Shown one piece after another: positions 15,154 through 23,233 of a stretch of 41,009 nt of DNA. Positions within the stretch are counted from its first letter, which is position 1. Each line of letters begins with the position of its first letter. This DNA is from Candidatus Moraniibacteriota bacterium (GTDB taxonomy: Bacteria; Patescibacteriota; Minisyncoccia; Moranbacterales; UBA2206), in NCBI GenBank assembly GCA_026396205.1, contig JAPLXF010000066.1, positions 1 to 41,009 on the forward strand, written 5' to 3'. The position numbers and the translations under genes are program-made. Below the pieces are notes generated by a model, which worked only from the letters and a program-made list of their open reading frames with translations, was not told the origin of the DNA and did not search any database.

Positions 15154-15316
15154 GCCAATTTTGTCCGCGAAGTATGAGCGGGAACAAAATTGAGCATCCC
15201 GCACCAATTCGCAGTATAAAATTTTTATTAAATTAACCTTAAGCCGCAGGCGACAACGCACACAAAACCAAAAATTATATGAAAACTTTATTGGAATTTG
15301 GTGCTGGGATAGCTAC
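15154..15316 (-). repeat. Type-A structured leader element, copy 4 (fills fba-hypC spacer)
   Basis: Closing stem 15196-15210 / 15293-15310, box GCCGCAGGCG, terminal hairpin CAAUUUUGU/ACAAAAUUG ending 2 nt before the hypC AUG. Confidence 0.8.
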
Positions 15317-15320
15317 TTCT

Positions 15321-16184
15321 TTACGCTTTGCCGTCGCTTCCAAAAAACTTTATTTTTCTCTTGACTGTTTCTTTGACAGCTTCCCGGGCCGAACCCAAAA
15401 GTTTCCGGATATCAAAGCCAACATTGCCTTGATTTTTTACTGAATTTATAAGGTTATTGATGAAAGCCATGCGAATAGCTGTATCTACATTAAAGCAAGT
15501 CACGCCGCGATTAATAACTTCCTTAACTTTTCCATTTTCCCAGTCTGAAGCGCCATGGAGAATGAGCGGTATATTGCAAATTTTATTTATTTTTTCCAGC
15601 CTTTCCAAATCCGGGGTTTCGCGCTCTTTGAAAAAGTCGTGGGCATTGCCAATAGCTATGGCCAATGAATCCACTTTGGTTTCCTGTATAAAATTGCCAG
15701 CTTGTTCAGGGTCGGTCATATAATCTTCCCATTTTATCTGGCCGGCTTCAAATTCTCCCAAATAAGGGACACTGCCCAGTTCCGCTTGAACATTTATTTC
15801 TTTTCCGTGGCAAAATTCCACGATTTTTTTCGTCATACTAAGATTGTCGGTATATTTCTTGCGCGAACCGTCATACATAACTGACTTAAATCCGATTTCC
15901 ACCGCCCTTTCAATTATTTCAAAACTATGGCCGTGATCCAGATGAATGCCCACTGGAATTTCCGGCGCATAAAATTCCGCGTCATTTTTAACTAAATTAA
16001 AAATGCCCCGCCCGCCGGCATATTCCATAGTTTTTTCCGTGATTTGGACGATGACCGGCGAACGCATTTCTTTAGCGGCTTCAATGATAGCGCGGGTGGT
16101 TTCCAGATTGACAGTATTGAAAGCGCCGACGGCATAACCGCCTTCTTTGGCTTTGGCTAAAATTTCTTTGACACTAACAATCAT
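15321..16184 (-). CDS. fba: Fructose-bisphosphate aldolase, class II
   Basis: GGYAVGAFN N-terminus, HLDHG zinc site, 287 aa. Confidence 0.9.
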   Translation of the reverse strand: MIVSVKEILAKAKEGGYAVGAFNTVNLETTRAIIEAAKEMRSPVIVQITEKTMEYAGGRGIFNLVKNDAEFYAPEIPVGIHLDHGHSFEIIERAVEIGFKSVMYDGSRKKYTDNLSMTKKIVEFCHGKEINVQAELGSVPYLGEFEAGQIKWEDYMTDPEQAGNFIQETKVDSLAIAIGNAHDFFKERETPDLERLEKINKICNIPLILHGASDWENGKVKEVINRGVTCFNVDTAIRMAFINNLINSVKNQGNVGFDIRKLLGSAREAVKETVKRKIKFFGSDGKA

Positions 16185-16198
16185 TTTTTTATTATCTA

Positions 16199-16258
16199 TT
16201 AACGAGCTAACGTGTTCACGAGTTAAATTTTAACCCGTTAACTTTTTAACTCGTTAAC
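16199..16258 (-). repeat. Type-D GTTAAC-word spacer, copy 1 (tpiA-fba)
   Basis: 59/60 identical to 18372-18431; internal inverted GTTAACGAGTTAA / TTAACTCGTTAAC words. Confidence 0.85.
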
Positions 16259-16261
16259 TGA

Positions 16262-17026
16262 TTAATAATTGTTTATTATCTCTGCTATTTTCAAAAATTC
16301 ATAGGGTGTAAGGCTTTCCCGCCCGACCAGCGCGCCGTCCATTCCCGGCTCTACGCAAACTTGTTCAACTGTCCGCGCATTGACACTGCCGCCGTAAAGA
16401 ATGGCTACTTTTTCGGCGCTGGGCCGGCCGAACATTCCTACTAATATTTTTCGGATCAGCACCTTGGCTTCCATAATATCATTGGCAGGCGGCACCTCAT
16501 CGGTGCCAACCGCCCAAATCGGCTCATAAGCAATCACAATTTTTTCCATCTTGGTCCGGCTGACTCCAAACAGGCATTCTTTAACTTGATCGGTAATTAC
16601 TTGAAGCGTTGCCTGATTTTCTTTTTCCGTTTGGCTTTCTCCCACGCAGATAATCGGCTTCAAGCCCACTTTCAGCGCCGCCATTACTTTAAGATTTATC
16701 TCTTCGTTTTTTTCCAGAAAATAGCGCCGCCTTTCGCTGTGGCCTAAAATCACGTAATCGCAGCCTGCATTTTTTACCATTGCCGGCGAAATTTCTCCGG
16801 TATAAGAACCTTTCATTTCCGCAAACATATTCTGCGCTCCGACAGCCAGTTTTTTACCTGCCCAATTTTTAAAAGCTTCTAAATAAACAAAAGGCGGGCA
16901 AAGCACGATTTCAATATTATCCAGTTCTTTATTTGCGCTTTCTTTGTCAAAAAATTCAAAATACTTCTCGCGTTCTAGCGGAGATAAAAGGTTCATTTTT
17001 AAATTGCCAACAACTAATCTTTTCAT
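16262..17026 (-). CDS. tpiA: Triose-phosphate isomerase
   Basis: 254-aa ORF, VVGNLKMN, ILGHSERR and AYEPIWAVGT catalytic motifs. Confidence 0.93.
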   Translation of the reverse strand: MKRLVVGNLKMNLLSPLEREKYFEFFDKESANKELDNIEIVLCPPFVYLEAFKNWAGKKLAVGAQNMFAEMKGSYTGEISPAMVKNAGCDYVILGHSERRRYFLEKNEEINLKVMAALKVGLKPIICVGESQTEKENQATLQVITDQVKECLFGVSRTKMEKIVIAYEPIWAVGTDEVPPANDIMEAKVLIRKILVGMFGRPSAEKVAILYGGSVNARTVEQVCVEPGMDGALVGRESLTPYEFLKIAEIINNY

Positions 17027-17140
17027 ATTTTATAATTTTCAATTATCAATTACCAATTTTCAATCAATGATCAATTTATCAATTTTGAAAATTCAATCAT
17101 TGAAAATTTATTGAAAATTGAAAATTGTAAATTGTAAATT

Positions 17141-17620
17141 TTATATAGATATTGTCAAAAATAACACAATCAGCCCCGATAACATAGTCCCCGTTAGTAA
17201 TAGCGGCAATGACTTTTTAAGCGGCACGCCGAAGACGAAAGCCGCTAAAGCGCCGGTCATTCCGCCTAAAAACGGAATTGGAATGGCCGCCAGAATAAAT
17301 ATAGCCCAAGCGCCGTATTTCTGCATCTTTTGTTCCGTCCGTTTCCGGGTATGTTCGAACAGCCAGTCAAAAAACTTTTTAAAAAATCCGATATGCTTGG
17401 AAAGGAATTGGGCAATCGGATCCAGCAGCAGAACAATAATAACCATGGTAAAAAAAGTGCCCAGAACCGACCATAGCCAAGCGGAAAAAGCTGACAAGCC
17501 GTAAACTTTATAGGCCAAGGGCAGGGCCGCCCGCAGTTCCGTGACCGGAATCATGGAAATAATAAAAGTGGCCAGCCATTTGGGAAAACCGATAAACCAA
17601 CTAAAAATTATTGCATTCAA
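17141..17620 (-). CDS. Small membrane protein, COG2426/small multidrug export-like
   Basis: 159-aa, four TM segments, IPVTELRAALPLA motif; only a TTG start, 10 nt from the IS end. Confidence 0.5.
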   Translation of the reverse strand: MNAIIFSWFIGFPKWLATFIISMIPVTELRAALPLAYKVYGLSAFSAWLWSVLGTFFTMVIIVLLLDPIAQFLSKHIGFFKKFFDWLFEHTRKRTEQKMQKYGAWAIFILAAIPIPFLGGMTGALAAFVFGVPLKKSLPLLLTGTMLSGLIVLFLTISI

Positions 17621-17630
17621 ATATTTTTTT

Positions 17631-18364
17631 AGGCTCTAGACCATCATAAGCTATGGTAAAATAGCGATATGGTGCTCAAGAAAGCCAAATTAAGTAATTA
17701 CAAAATTAAAAAAATTATTAACTGTTTTTGTTTGGATCTAACCGCGACTCAGACCAGCAAACTTTTAAAACAACTCAATCGCAAGACAATCAATGAATAT
17801 TATATCACATTCCGATGCGCTATCGCTCTTAATCAGCATGATGAGTTTGAAAAGTTTGTCGGTATGGTAGAATTAGATGAGAGCTATTTCGGAGCCAGAA
17901 GAATACGGGGATTCCATGGCAAACTGAAACGCGGCAGAGGAACTTACAAGCAACCGGTATTCGGGATATTTGAAAGAAATGGCCGAGTGTATACCGAAAT
18001 CGTGCCTGACTGCAAAAAACGCACTCTGCAGCCGGTTATACTGGGAAAAGTGAGCAAAGACACAGTTATTTATTCTGATGGCTGGCGCGGATACAATGGT
18101 TTGGTTTCAGTGGGTTACGACAAACATTACCGGGTCAATCACGGAGAAAACGAATTTGCAAAGAACAAACATATTCATATTAACGGCATTGAATCTTTCT
18201 GGTCTTTTACTAAACGCAGACTGGGAAAATTCAATGGCGTTAAAAAATATTTCTATTTGCATTTGAAAGAGTGCGAATGGAGATGGAAAAGAAATGAAAT
18301 GGAATTGCAGAAAAGTTTGGTAAAAATTCTTAATAAATTTAATTAGTCTGCTGGTCTAGAGCCT
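17631..18364 (+). mobile_element. IS1595-family insertion sequence (IS1016-size, 734 bp)
   Basis: 16-bp terminal inverted repeats AGGCTCTAGACCATCA (17631-17646) / TGCTGGTCTAGAGCCT (18349-18364), one mismatch; single transposase ORF; T-tracts on both flanks. Confidence 0.85.
17669..18346 (+). CDS. IS1595-family (ISXO2-like DDE) transposase
   Basis: VELDESYFG...GRGTYKQPVFGIFERNGRVYTEIVPD...IYSDGWRGYNGL...HYRVNHGENEFA...HINGIESFWSFTKRRLGKFNG. Confidence 0.88.
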   Translation: MVLKKAKLSNYKIKKIINCFCLDLTATQTSKLLKQLNRKTINEYYITFRCAIALNQHDEFEKFVGMVELDESYFGARRIRGFHGKLKRGRGTYKQPVFGIFERNGRVYTEIVPDCKKRTLQPVILGKVSKDTVIYSDGWRGYNGLVSVGYDKHYRVNHGENEFAKNKHIHINGIESFWSFTKRRLGKFNGVKKYFYLHLKECEWRWKRNEMELQKSLVKILNKFN

Positions 18365-18371
18365 TTTTTTA

Positions 18372-18431
18372 TTAACGAGTTAACGTGTTCACGAGTTAAA
18401 TTTTAACCCGTTAACTTTTTAACTCGTTAAC
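18372..18431 (-). repeat. Type-D GTTAAC-word spacer, copy 2 (after galT, interrupted downstream by the IS)
   Basis: 59/60 identical to 16199-16258; similarity continues about 12 nt into the last codons of galT and tpiA. Confidence 0.85.
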
Positions 18432-19453
18432 TAATTAATATTTCTAAGATATTCGGCTGCGATTTCCGGCTGGATGGTAGAGATTTCAATGCCGGTGGAA
18501 AGTTCGAAGCCCGCCCAAGTGGCCGTGTGCGGCAAAATTTCAATGTGCCAATGGTAATGCAGATAATCCTTGCCGTCGCAGGGAGCGGTGTGGATATAGA
18601 AATTGTAAGCCGGATCTTTAAGCGCCTTGAAAATCCGATTGAGCGATTCCTGCAGCGCTTCGCCACAGGCTAATTTTTCTTCGCTGTTCGTTCTTTCAAA
18701 ATAGGGCTTGTGTTTTTTGGGAACCACCCAAACTTCAAAGGCAGCGCGCGAAGCAAACGGGCAGAAAGCCACAAATTCTTCGTTTTCAAAAACTACTCTT
18801 TTCTGGTCTTCGCACTCCCATTCATTCATCGTGCAATAAACGCATTCTTTGGTGGAGCGGTAATAAGTTTCTGCACCTTCCAGCTCGCCTTTAATATACG
18901 GCGAAACTACTGGAATAGCCATCAGCTGGGAATGCGGATGTTTTATGGATGCGCCGGCTTCCTTGCCGTGGTTATGAAAAATTTCAATGTAGTTGACGCT
19001 TTTGCGGTTCATCAAATCGATGTAGCGTTCCTGATAAGCATCCAATACTTCCGCTACTTCCATCGGATTCATAAGGGCCATTTGTTTAATGTGGTCGCGC
19101 GTGACAATCACTTCATGATAGCCGATGCCGTCCATCGCGAAATAGGGACCTTCCTCAAAATGTTTCGGCGTCCGGCTTCTGGCAAAAGCCGGAAATTTAT
19201 TGGGGAAAACTCGCAGGCTCCAATCACCCTCCTGATCTTGGTACATGAGCACGTCTTTTTCCTGCCCGGTTTCTTCCGGATGGCAAAAAACGCAGGCTTT
19301 GCCGAAATCATCTTCCTCTATTGCCCTTTCGCTAGCCGCAAAATCTTCCGGCCGCCGGGCACGCCCGGTGGCAATTACCACCCAGTCGCCGGTTACCAGA
19401 TCTTGCCGCAGTTCTGATATTTTTGATTGTTTTTTTGTCTTCTCCTTTTCCAT
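18431..19453 (-). CDS. galT: Galactose-1-phosphate uridylyltransferase
   Basis: 340-aa ORF, CVFC zinc motif and HPHSQL active-site His-Pro-His. Confidence 0.85.
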   Translation of the reverse strand: MEKEKTKKQSKISELRQDLVTGDWVVIATGRARRPEDFAASERAIEEDDFGKACVFCHPEETGQEKDVLMYQDQEGDWSLRVFPNKFPAFARSRTPKHFEEGPYFAMDGIGYHEVIVTRDHIKQMALMNPMEVAEVLDAYQERYIDLMNRKSVNYIEIFHNHGKEAGASIKHPHSQLMAIPVVSPYIKGELEGAETYYRSTKECVYCTMNEWECEDQKRVVFENEEFVAFCPFASRAAFEVWVVPKKHKPYFERTNSEEKLACGEALQESLNRIFKALKDPAYNFYIHTAPCDGKDYLHYHWHIEILPHTATWAGFELSTGIEISTIQPEIAAEYLRNIN

Positions 19454-19483
19454 TTTTATTTCCGCTTTTTTTATTTCTCTTTT

Positions 19484-19741
19484 TTACCCAGTCAAATACG
19501 ATTTGAGCCTGTTTTTTAAAAACATTTTACCGTAATATCTTTTTAAATACTTTTCTCTGTGAGTTGCATCTTGTTGGCTAAGACAGGTTTCGTAATAAAT
19601 CAGTTTTAATGGCTTTCTGTCTTTTGTGGAATTAACCAGTCCTTTGTTATGTTGCTCAAATCGTAATTTTAAATTTTTCGTATAACCTGTATAGAGTTTC
19701 CCGTCTTTTTTAGATTTCAACACATAAACATAATGAAACAT
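19484..19741 (-). CDS. GIY-YIG nuclease-domain protein (stand-alone)
   Basis: 85 aa, YVYVLKS...GKLYTGYTKNL...R...HN pattern. Confidence 0.8.
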   Translation of the reverse strand: MFHYVYVLKSKKDGKLYTGYTKNLKLRFEQHNKGLVNSTKDRKPLKLIYYETCLSQQDATHREKYLKRYYGKMFLKNRLKSYLTG

Positions 19742-19761
19742 TGATTGTGAAAAATTTAAAA

Positions 19762-20517
19762 TTATTTGACGGGGTGAATCTTATATTTGCCAGTCATCAA
19801 CCGCCATTTAGTTTTAAATAAATCTATAAGCACTTGGGTAAAGCCGTTTTTACCGGTCAGGCTGACGGTTGAACCTTCTTCATTCAGCCAGCGAACCGGC
19901 ATTTGTTTGATTTTAAAACCTAATTTTTTAGCCAGAATAATAAGCTCAAAGTCAAATCCGAAACGATCCACCAACATTCTTTTGGCTACCGCTTCTGCCG
20001 CTTTCCCGGAAATCATTTTGAATCCGCATTGCGTGTCCGGAAAACTCCAAAGCCCCAAAACAATCCGAATCAGCCAGTTGCCCATGTCGCCCATAATCTC
20101 GCGGTATTTCGGCTGGTGGATTTGGACATAAGCGCCTTCAATGTCGCGCGAACCGATAACCACATCAAAGCCGCCTTCCAGTTCCGGCAGGAAAGAATTG
20201 ATATGGGTGATGGAAGTTGAGCCGTCGGCATCCAAAAAAACCCGCACTTCGCCTTGGGCTTCCAAGAGTCCTTGGCGCACTACATAGCCCTTGCCGTGAT
20301 TTTCGGGATTATTTATGACTTTTAAATTTTTTATTCTGTCTTTATATTTTTTGGCAATTTCCGCCGTATTGTCCGGCGAACCGTCCACCACCACTAAAAC
20401 TTCATAGGAAAAATCTTTGGAATCCAGATATTCTTTGATTTCCATGAGATTTTTTCCAATCCGCTCGCCTTCTTTATAAGAAGGGATGATAACCGAAAGA
20501 TATGGTTTTTCGTCCAT
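19762..20517 (-). CDS. Family 2 glycosyltransferase (polyprenyl-phosphate sugar transferase-like)
   Basis: LSVIIPSYKE, VVDGSPDNT, FLDADG (DxD) motifs. Confidence 0.8.
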   Translation of the reverse strand: MDEKPYLSVIIPSYKEGERIGKNLMEIKEYLDSKDFSYEVLVVVDGSPDNTAEIAKKYKDRIKNLKVINNPENHGKGYVVRQGLLEAQGEVRVFLDADGSTSITHINSFLPELEGGFDVVIGSRDIEGAYVQIHQPKYREIMGDMGNWLIRIVLGLWSFPDTQCGFKMISGKAAEAVAKRMLVDRFGFDFELIILAKKLGFKIKQMPVRWLNEEGSTVSLTGKNGFTQVLIDLFKTKWRLMTGKYKIHPVK

Positions 20518-20596
20518 TGGGTTCGACTTATCCTATTATTTCGCTGATCTTATTATAACACCTGATTTGCAAAATCCCAAATCTACCTTTTGCTAC

Positions 20597-20620
20597 ATGT
20601 TCCGTGTTCCATGTTATGTG
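20597..20620 (-). repeat. Type-C spacer word block, copy 1
   Basis: ATGTTCCGTGTTCCATGTTATGTG, identical to 22490-22513; supplies the last codons and stop of ruvX. Confidence 0.8.
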
Positions 20621-21033
20621 CTATGGGCATCCAGCCATGACTGCAGGATAATCCGCGCCGCCTCCTGATTATCAAATCTTTTAATGTTTTTGATGCCTGT
20701 TTCTTTGATATTATCCTGCGCCATTTTGGTCGTGAACATTTCATTCTGGTATTCCACTGGCAGGCCTAATTTATCCTTAAGCATTTCGCCGAATTTTTTC
20801 TTTTCATCTGCCTGATTGTTATATTCGGTTACGCCTAGAATTATTTTATTTATTTCTTTTTCCCGGATAATTTCCGCCAGTTCAGCCAGTAATTTATCGT
20901 TATTTTCTAAAGTTTTATAAGCCGAAGCAATTTTAGTCTCCAAATCAGCCACGGCTAAACCAATTTTGGCTTCTCCAAAATCTATACCCAATATATGGCT
21001 TATTTCAGCCGAATTTTGAGGGTCTATTGACAT
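20614..21033 (-). CDS. ruvX: Holliday-junction resolvase-like YqgF/RuvX
   Basis: ILGIDFGEAKIGLAVAD N-terminal motif; ATG 21033 preferred over TTG 21078. Confidence 0.75.
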   Translation of the reverse strand: MSIDPQNSAEISHILGIDFGEAKIGLAVADLETKIASAYKTLENNDKLLAELAEIIREKEINKIILGVTEYNNQADEKKKFGEMLKDKLGLPVEYQNEMFTTKMAQDNIKETGIKNIKRFDNQEAARIILQSWLDAHST

Positions 21034-21118
21034 TGGGTTAATTTTATGATAGGATTGGAAGTTAGTATTTAAATCCAACGAGATTTATTTTTTAAAAACA
21101 AAATAAGGAGGAACGATC

Positions 21119-21493
21119 ATGAATAAAAATGTCTGGTATTTGGTTTTATTGGTAACAATAATAACAATGGTTTCTTTTCTTTATTGTCCCTATTTTAAAC
21201 CTGCCCCGCTGACTGAAAAAGAAATAAGTGAATTTAAGCAGTGGTATAGGGAAAATGCTCGGATACATTATAGCAATGGTAAGATGGAAGTAGAATTACC
21301 TATTTTCAAAATACCTCAAAAGAAACCGGTATTTGAATTTCTTGAAATTTTAATTTACAGCAAGACGGACAACTTCCAATCGCATTCACGAAGTTTTGAC
21401 TTTCGAACTTACTTCAGTTTTAGCGATTGGATCCGCACCTGGTACGAAAAGAGACTGAAAAATAAACTCAATTCAACCGCAACCGGAAAATAA
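21119..21493 (+). CDS. Hypothetical membrane-anchored protein
   Basis: 124-aa ORF, N-terminal TM helix, strong SD AAGGAGG 6 nt upstream, followed by an intrinsic terminator; no family recognised. Confidence 0.6.
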   Translation: MNKNVWYLVLLVTIITMVSFLYCPYFKPAPLTEKEISEFKQWYRENARIHYSNGKMEVELPIFKIPQKKPVFEFLEILIYSKTDNFQSHSRSFDFRTYFSFSDWIRTWYEKRLKNKLNSTATGK

Positions 21494-21537
21494 AACCGCC
21501 TAAAAATAGGCATAACTATCCTACGATTTATCAACTA

Positions 21538-21573
21538 AGCCTTGGTTTTTAGCAAAGATCAAGGCTTTTTTAT
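21538..21573 (+). terminator. Intrinsic terminator of ORF 21119-21493
   Basis: Stem AGCCTTG / CAAGGCT with 15-nt loop, followed by TTTTTTATTTT. Confidence 0.7.
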
Positions 21574-21609
21574 TTTCAAAAAAACTTAATCCAAATTTTA
21601 CTTACTACC

Positions 21610-21641
21610 TTATAAGGTTATGAGGTTATAAGGTTATAAGG
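21610..21641. repeat. 4 x 8-bp tandem repeat TTATAAGG (one TTATGAGG)
   Basis: Read directly; intergenic between the convergent + ORF and map. Confidence 0.8.
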
Positions 21642-21716
21642 TAGCGTCAGTTTTCACTTCCATTATATATGCATTATGTATGGTTGAATTATTTTTTTCC
21701 ATAATTTGTAAGCCAG

Positions 21717-22484
21717 CTATAAAATTGTTAAGACTTCCACTCCTTTTTCAGTTATTAAAACCGTATTTTCATAATGGGCGGAGAGTTTTCCGTCTTTGGT
21801 TTTGAAAACCCAGCCGTCGCTGCCTAAAACTGTTTCAGATGTTCCCTCGTTAATCATCGGCTCCAGCGCCAAGGTCATGCCGGCAATCAGACGGATATCG
21901 GAGTATTTGCGGTTGTAATAATTGGGCACCGATGGATCTTCATGCAGCTGCCGGCCGACGCCGTGGCCGACCAGATTACGCACCACCGAAAAACCATTGG
22001 CTTCCGCGTATTTTTGGACAACCCTGGAATAATCGCTTAACATTTTGCCGACGGCTAAATTCTGAATGCCTTCCCAAAAAGATTGCTCGGTAACTTCAAT
22101 CAGTTTTTGGGCTGCCGAAGAAATTTTTCCCACACTGAAAGCGCGGGCCATATCAGTATGTAAACCTTGGTATTTCATGCCGATATCAACGCTTACGATA
22201 TCACCTTCGTGGATAATCTTATTCTCTTTCGGAATGCCGTGCACAACTTCCTCGTTGATGGAAATGCAAACCGTCGCTGGAAAAGGTTTCCCTATTCCGT
22301 TTTTATAGCCTTTGAACGCCGGCGTTCCTCCAAATGCAAGAACAAGCTCTTCAGCGAGCTTGTCCAAAGACAATGTGTCTGTGTTCGGAACAATGTGTTC
22401 GGCGATTTTATCCATAATTTCCGTCAGCCGTTTTCCGCCTTCCCGCATCGCCCTTATTTCTTTTTCCGTTTTAATCGTAATCAT
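21717..22484 (-). CDS. map: Methionine aminopeptidase, type I
   Basis: 255-aa ORF with VCISINEEVVHGIP, DIGMKY.G.H.D, GHGVGRQLHE and LALEPM metal-site motifs. Confidence 0.93.
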   Translation of the reverse strand: MITIKTEKEIRAMREGGKRLTEIMDKIAEHIVPNTDTLSLDKLAEELVLAFGGTPAFKGYKNGIGKPFPATVCISINEEVVHGIPKENKIIHEGDIVSVDIGMKYQGLHTDMARAFSVGKISSAAQKLIEVTEQSFWEGIQNLAVGKMLSDYSRVVQKYAEANGFSVVRNLVGHGVGRQLHEDPSVPNYYNRKYSDIRLIAGMTLALEPMINEGTSETVLGSDGWVFKTKDGKLSAHYENTVLITEKGVEVLTIL

Positions 22485-22487
22485 TTT

Positions 22488-23153
22488 TTATGTTCCGTGT
22501 TCCATGTTATGTGTAATGTGATTTTGTATATCTGCGAACACTTTTTCAATCGGCTGTTCGCCGTTTATTTCCAAAACCAGGTCTTGCTTTTTGTAATATT
22601 CAATCACCGGCAAGGTTTCTTCTTTAAAAACTTCTAGTCTCTTTTTGACTCCTTCCGGCGTATCATCAGCGCGCTGGGAAATTTGTCCGCCGCATTTCGG
22701 ACAGAGATCTTTTTCCCTTTTTACATCTAATCCCATAATGAAAGTATTATGGCAGCTTTGGCAGATCCAGCGCTTGGAAATCCTTTCTACCGCCTCGGCA
22801 TCGGAAATATTCACGAAAATAACTTTGTCAATTTTTCTGCCAGTTTCCAAAAGCGCTTCTTCCAAATTCTTAATCTGATCTTTCATCCGCGGAGCGCCGT
22901 CAACAATCGTTCCTTGTTCTCGGGAAAGCAACGCCAGCTTCAGCTTGAATACCTTTTCAAAAATTTCATTGGGAACCAGCGTTCTTTTAACATTCAATAT
23001 TTCATAGATTTCCTTACCCAAAGGCGTTTTTAATTTGGCCGCTTCCCGCAGCGTCTTTCCGACATCAATATGCTCTAAATTGTATTTTTGGGCCAAGAGT
23101 TCGGCTTGCGTGCCCTTGCCAGAACCTTGAGGACCCAAAATTATAATATTCAT
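22488..23153 (-). CDS. adk: Adenylate kinase (zinc-lid type)
   Basis: MNIIILGPQGSGKGTQ P-loop; lid CQSC...CPKCGG; ATG 23153 preferred, because the track N-terminus MFRVPCF reads through type-C words. Confidence 0.92.
   Translation of the reverse strand: MNIIILGPQGSGKGTQAELLAQKYNLEHIDVGKTLREAAKLKTPLGKEIYEILNVKRTLVPNEIFEKVFKLKLALLSREQGTIVDGAPRMKDQIKNLEEALLETGRKIDKVIFVNISDAEAVERISKRWICQSCHNTFIMGLDVKREKDLCPKCGGQISQRADDTPEGVKKRLEVFKEETLPVIEYYKKQDLVLEINGEQPIEKVFADIQNHITHNMEHGT
22490..22513 (-). repeat. Type-C spacer word block, copy 2
   Basis: ATGTTCCGTGTTCCATGTTATGTG; encodes the adk C-terminal residues and stop, and ends 5 nt before the map ATG. Confidence 0.8.
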
Positions 23154-23233
23154 GAAACATGGAACACGGAACACGGAACAAATTTTATTTTTTCATTCCC
23201 ATGTTCTATGCTATGTGCTATGTGTTATGTGAG
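23154..23233 (-). repeat. Type-C spacer, copy 3 (composite, contains inverted and direct word blocks)
   Basis: ACATGGAACACGGAACACGGAACA (23157-23180) is the inverted form; CCATGTTCTATGCTATGTGCTATGTGTTATGTG (23200-23232) is the direct, degenerate form. Confidence 0.7.
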
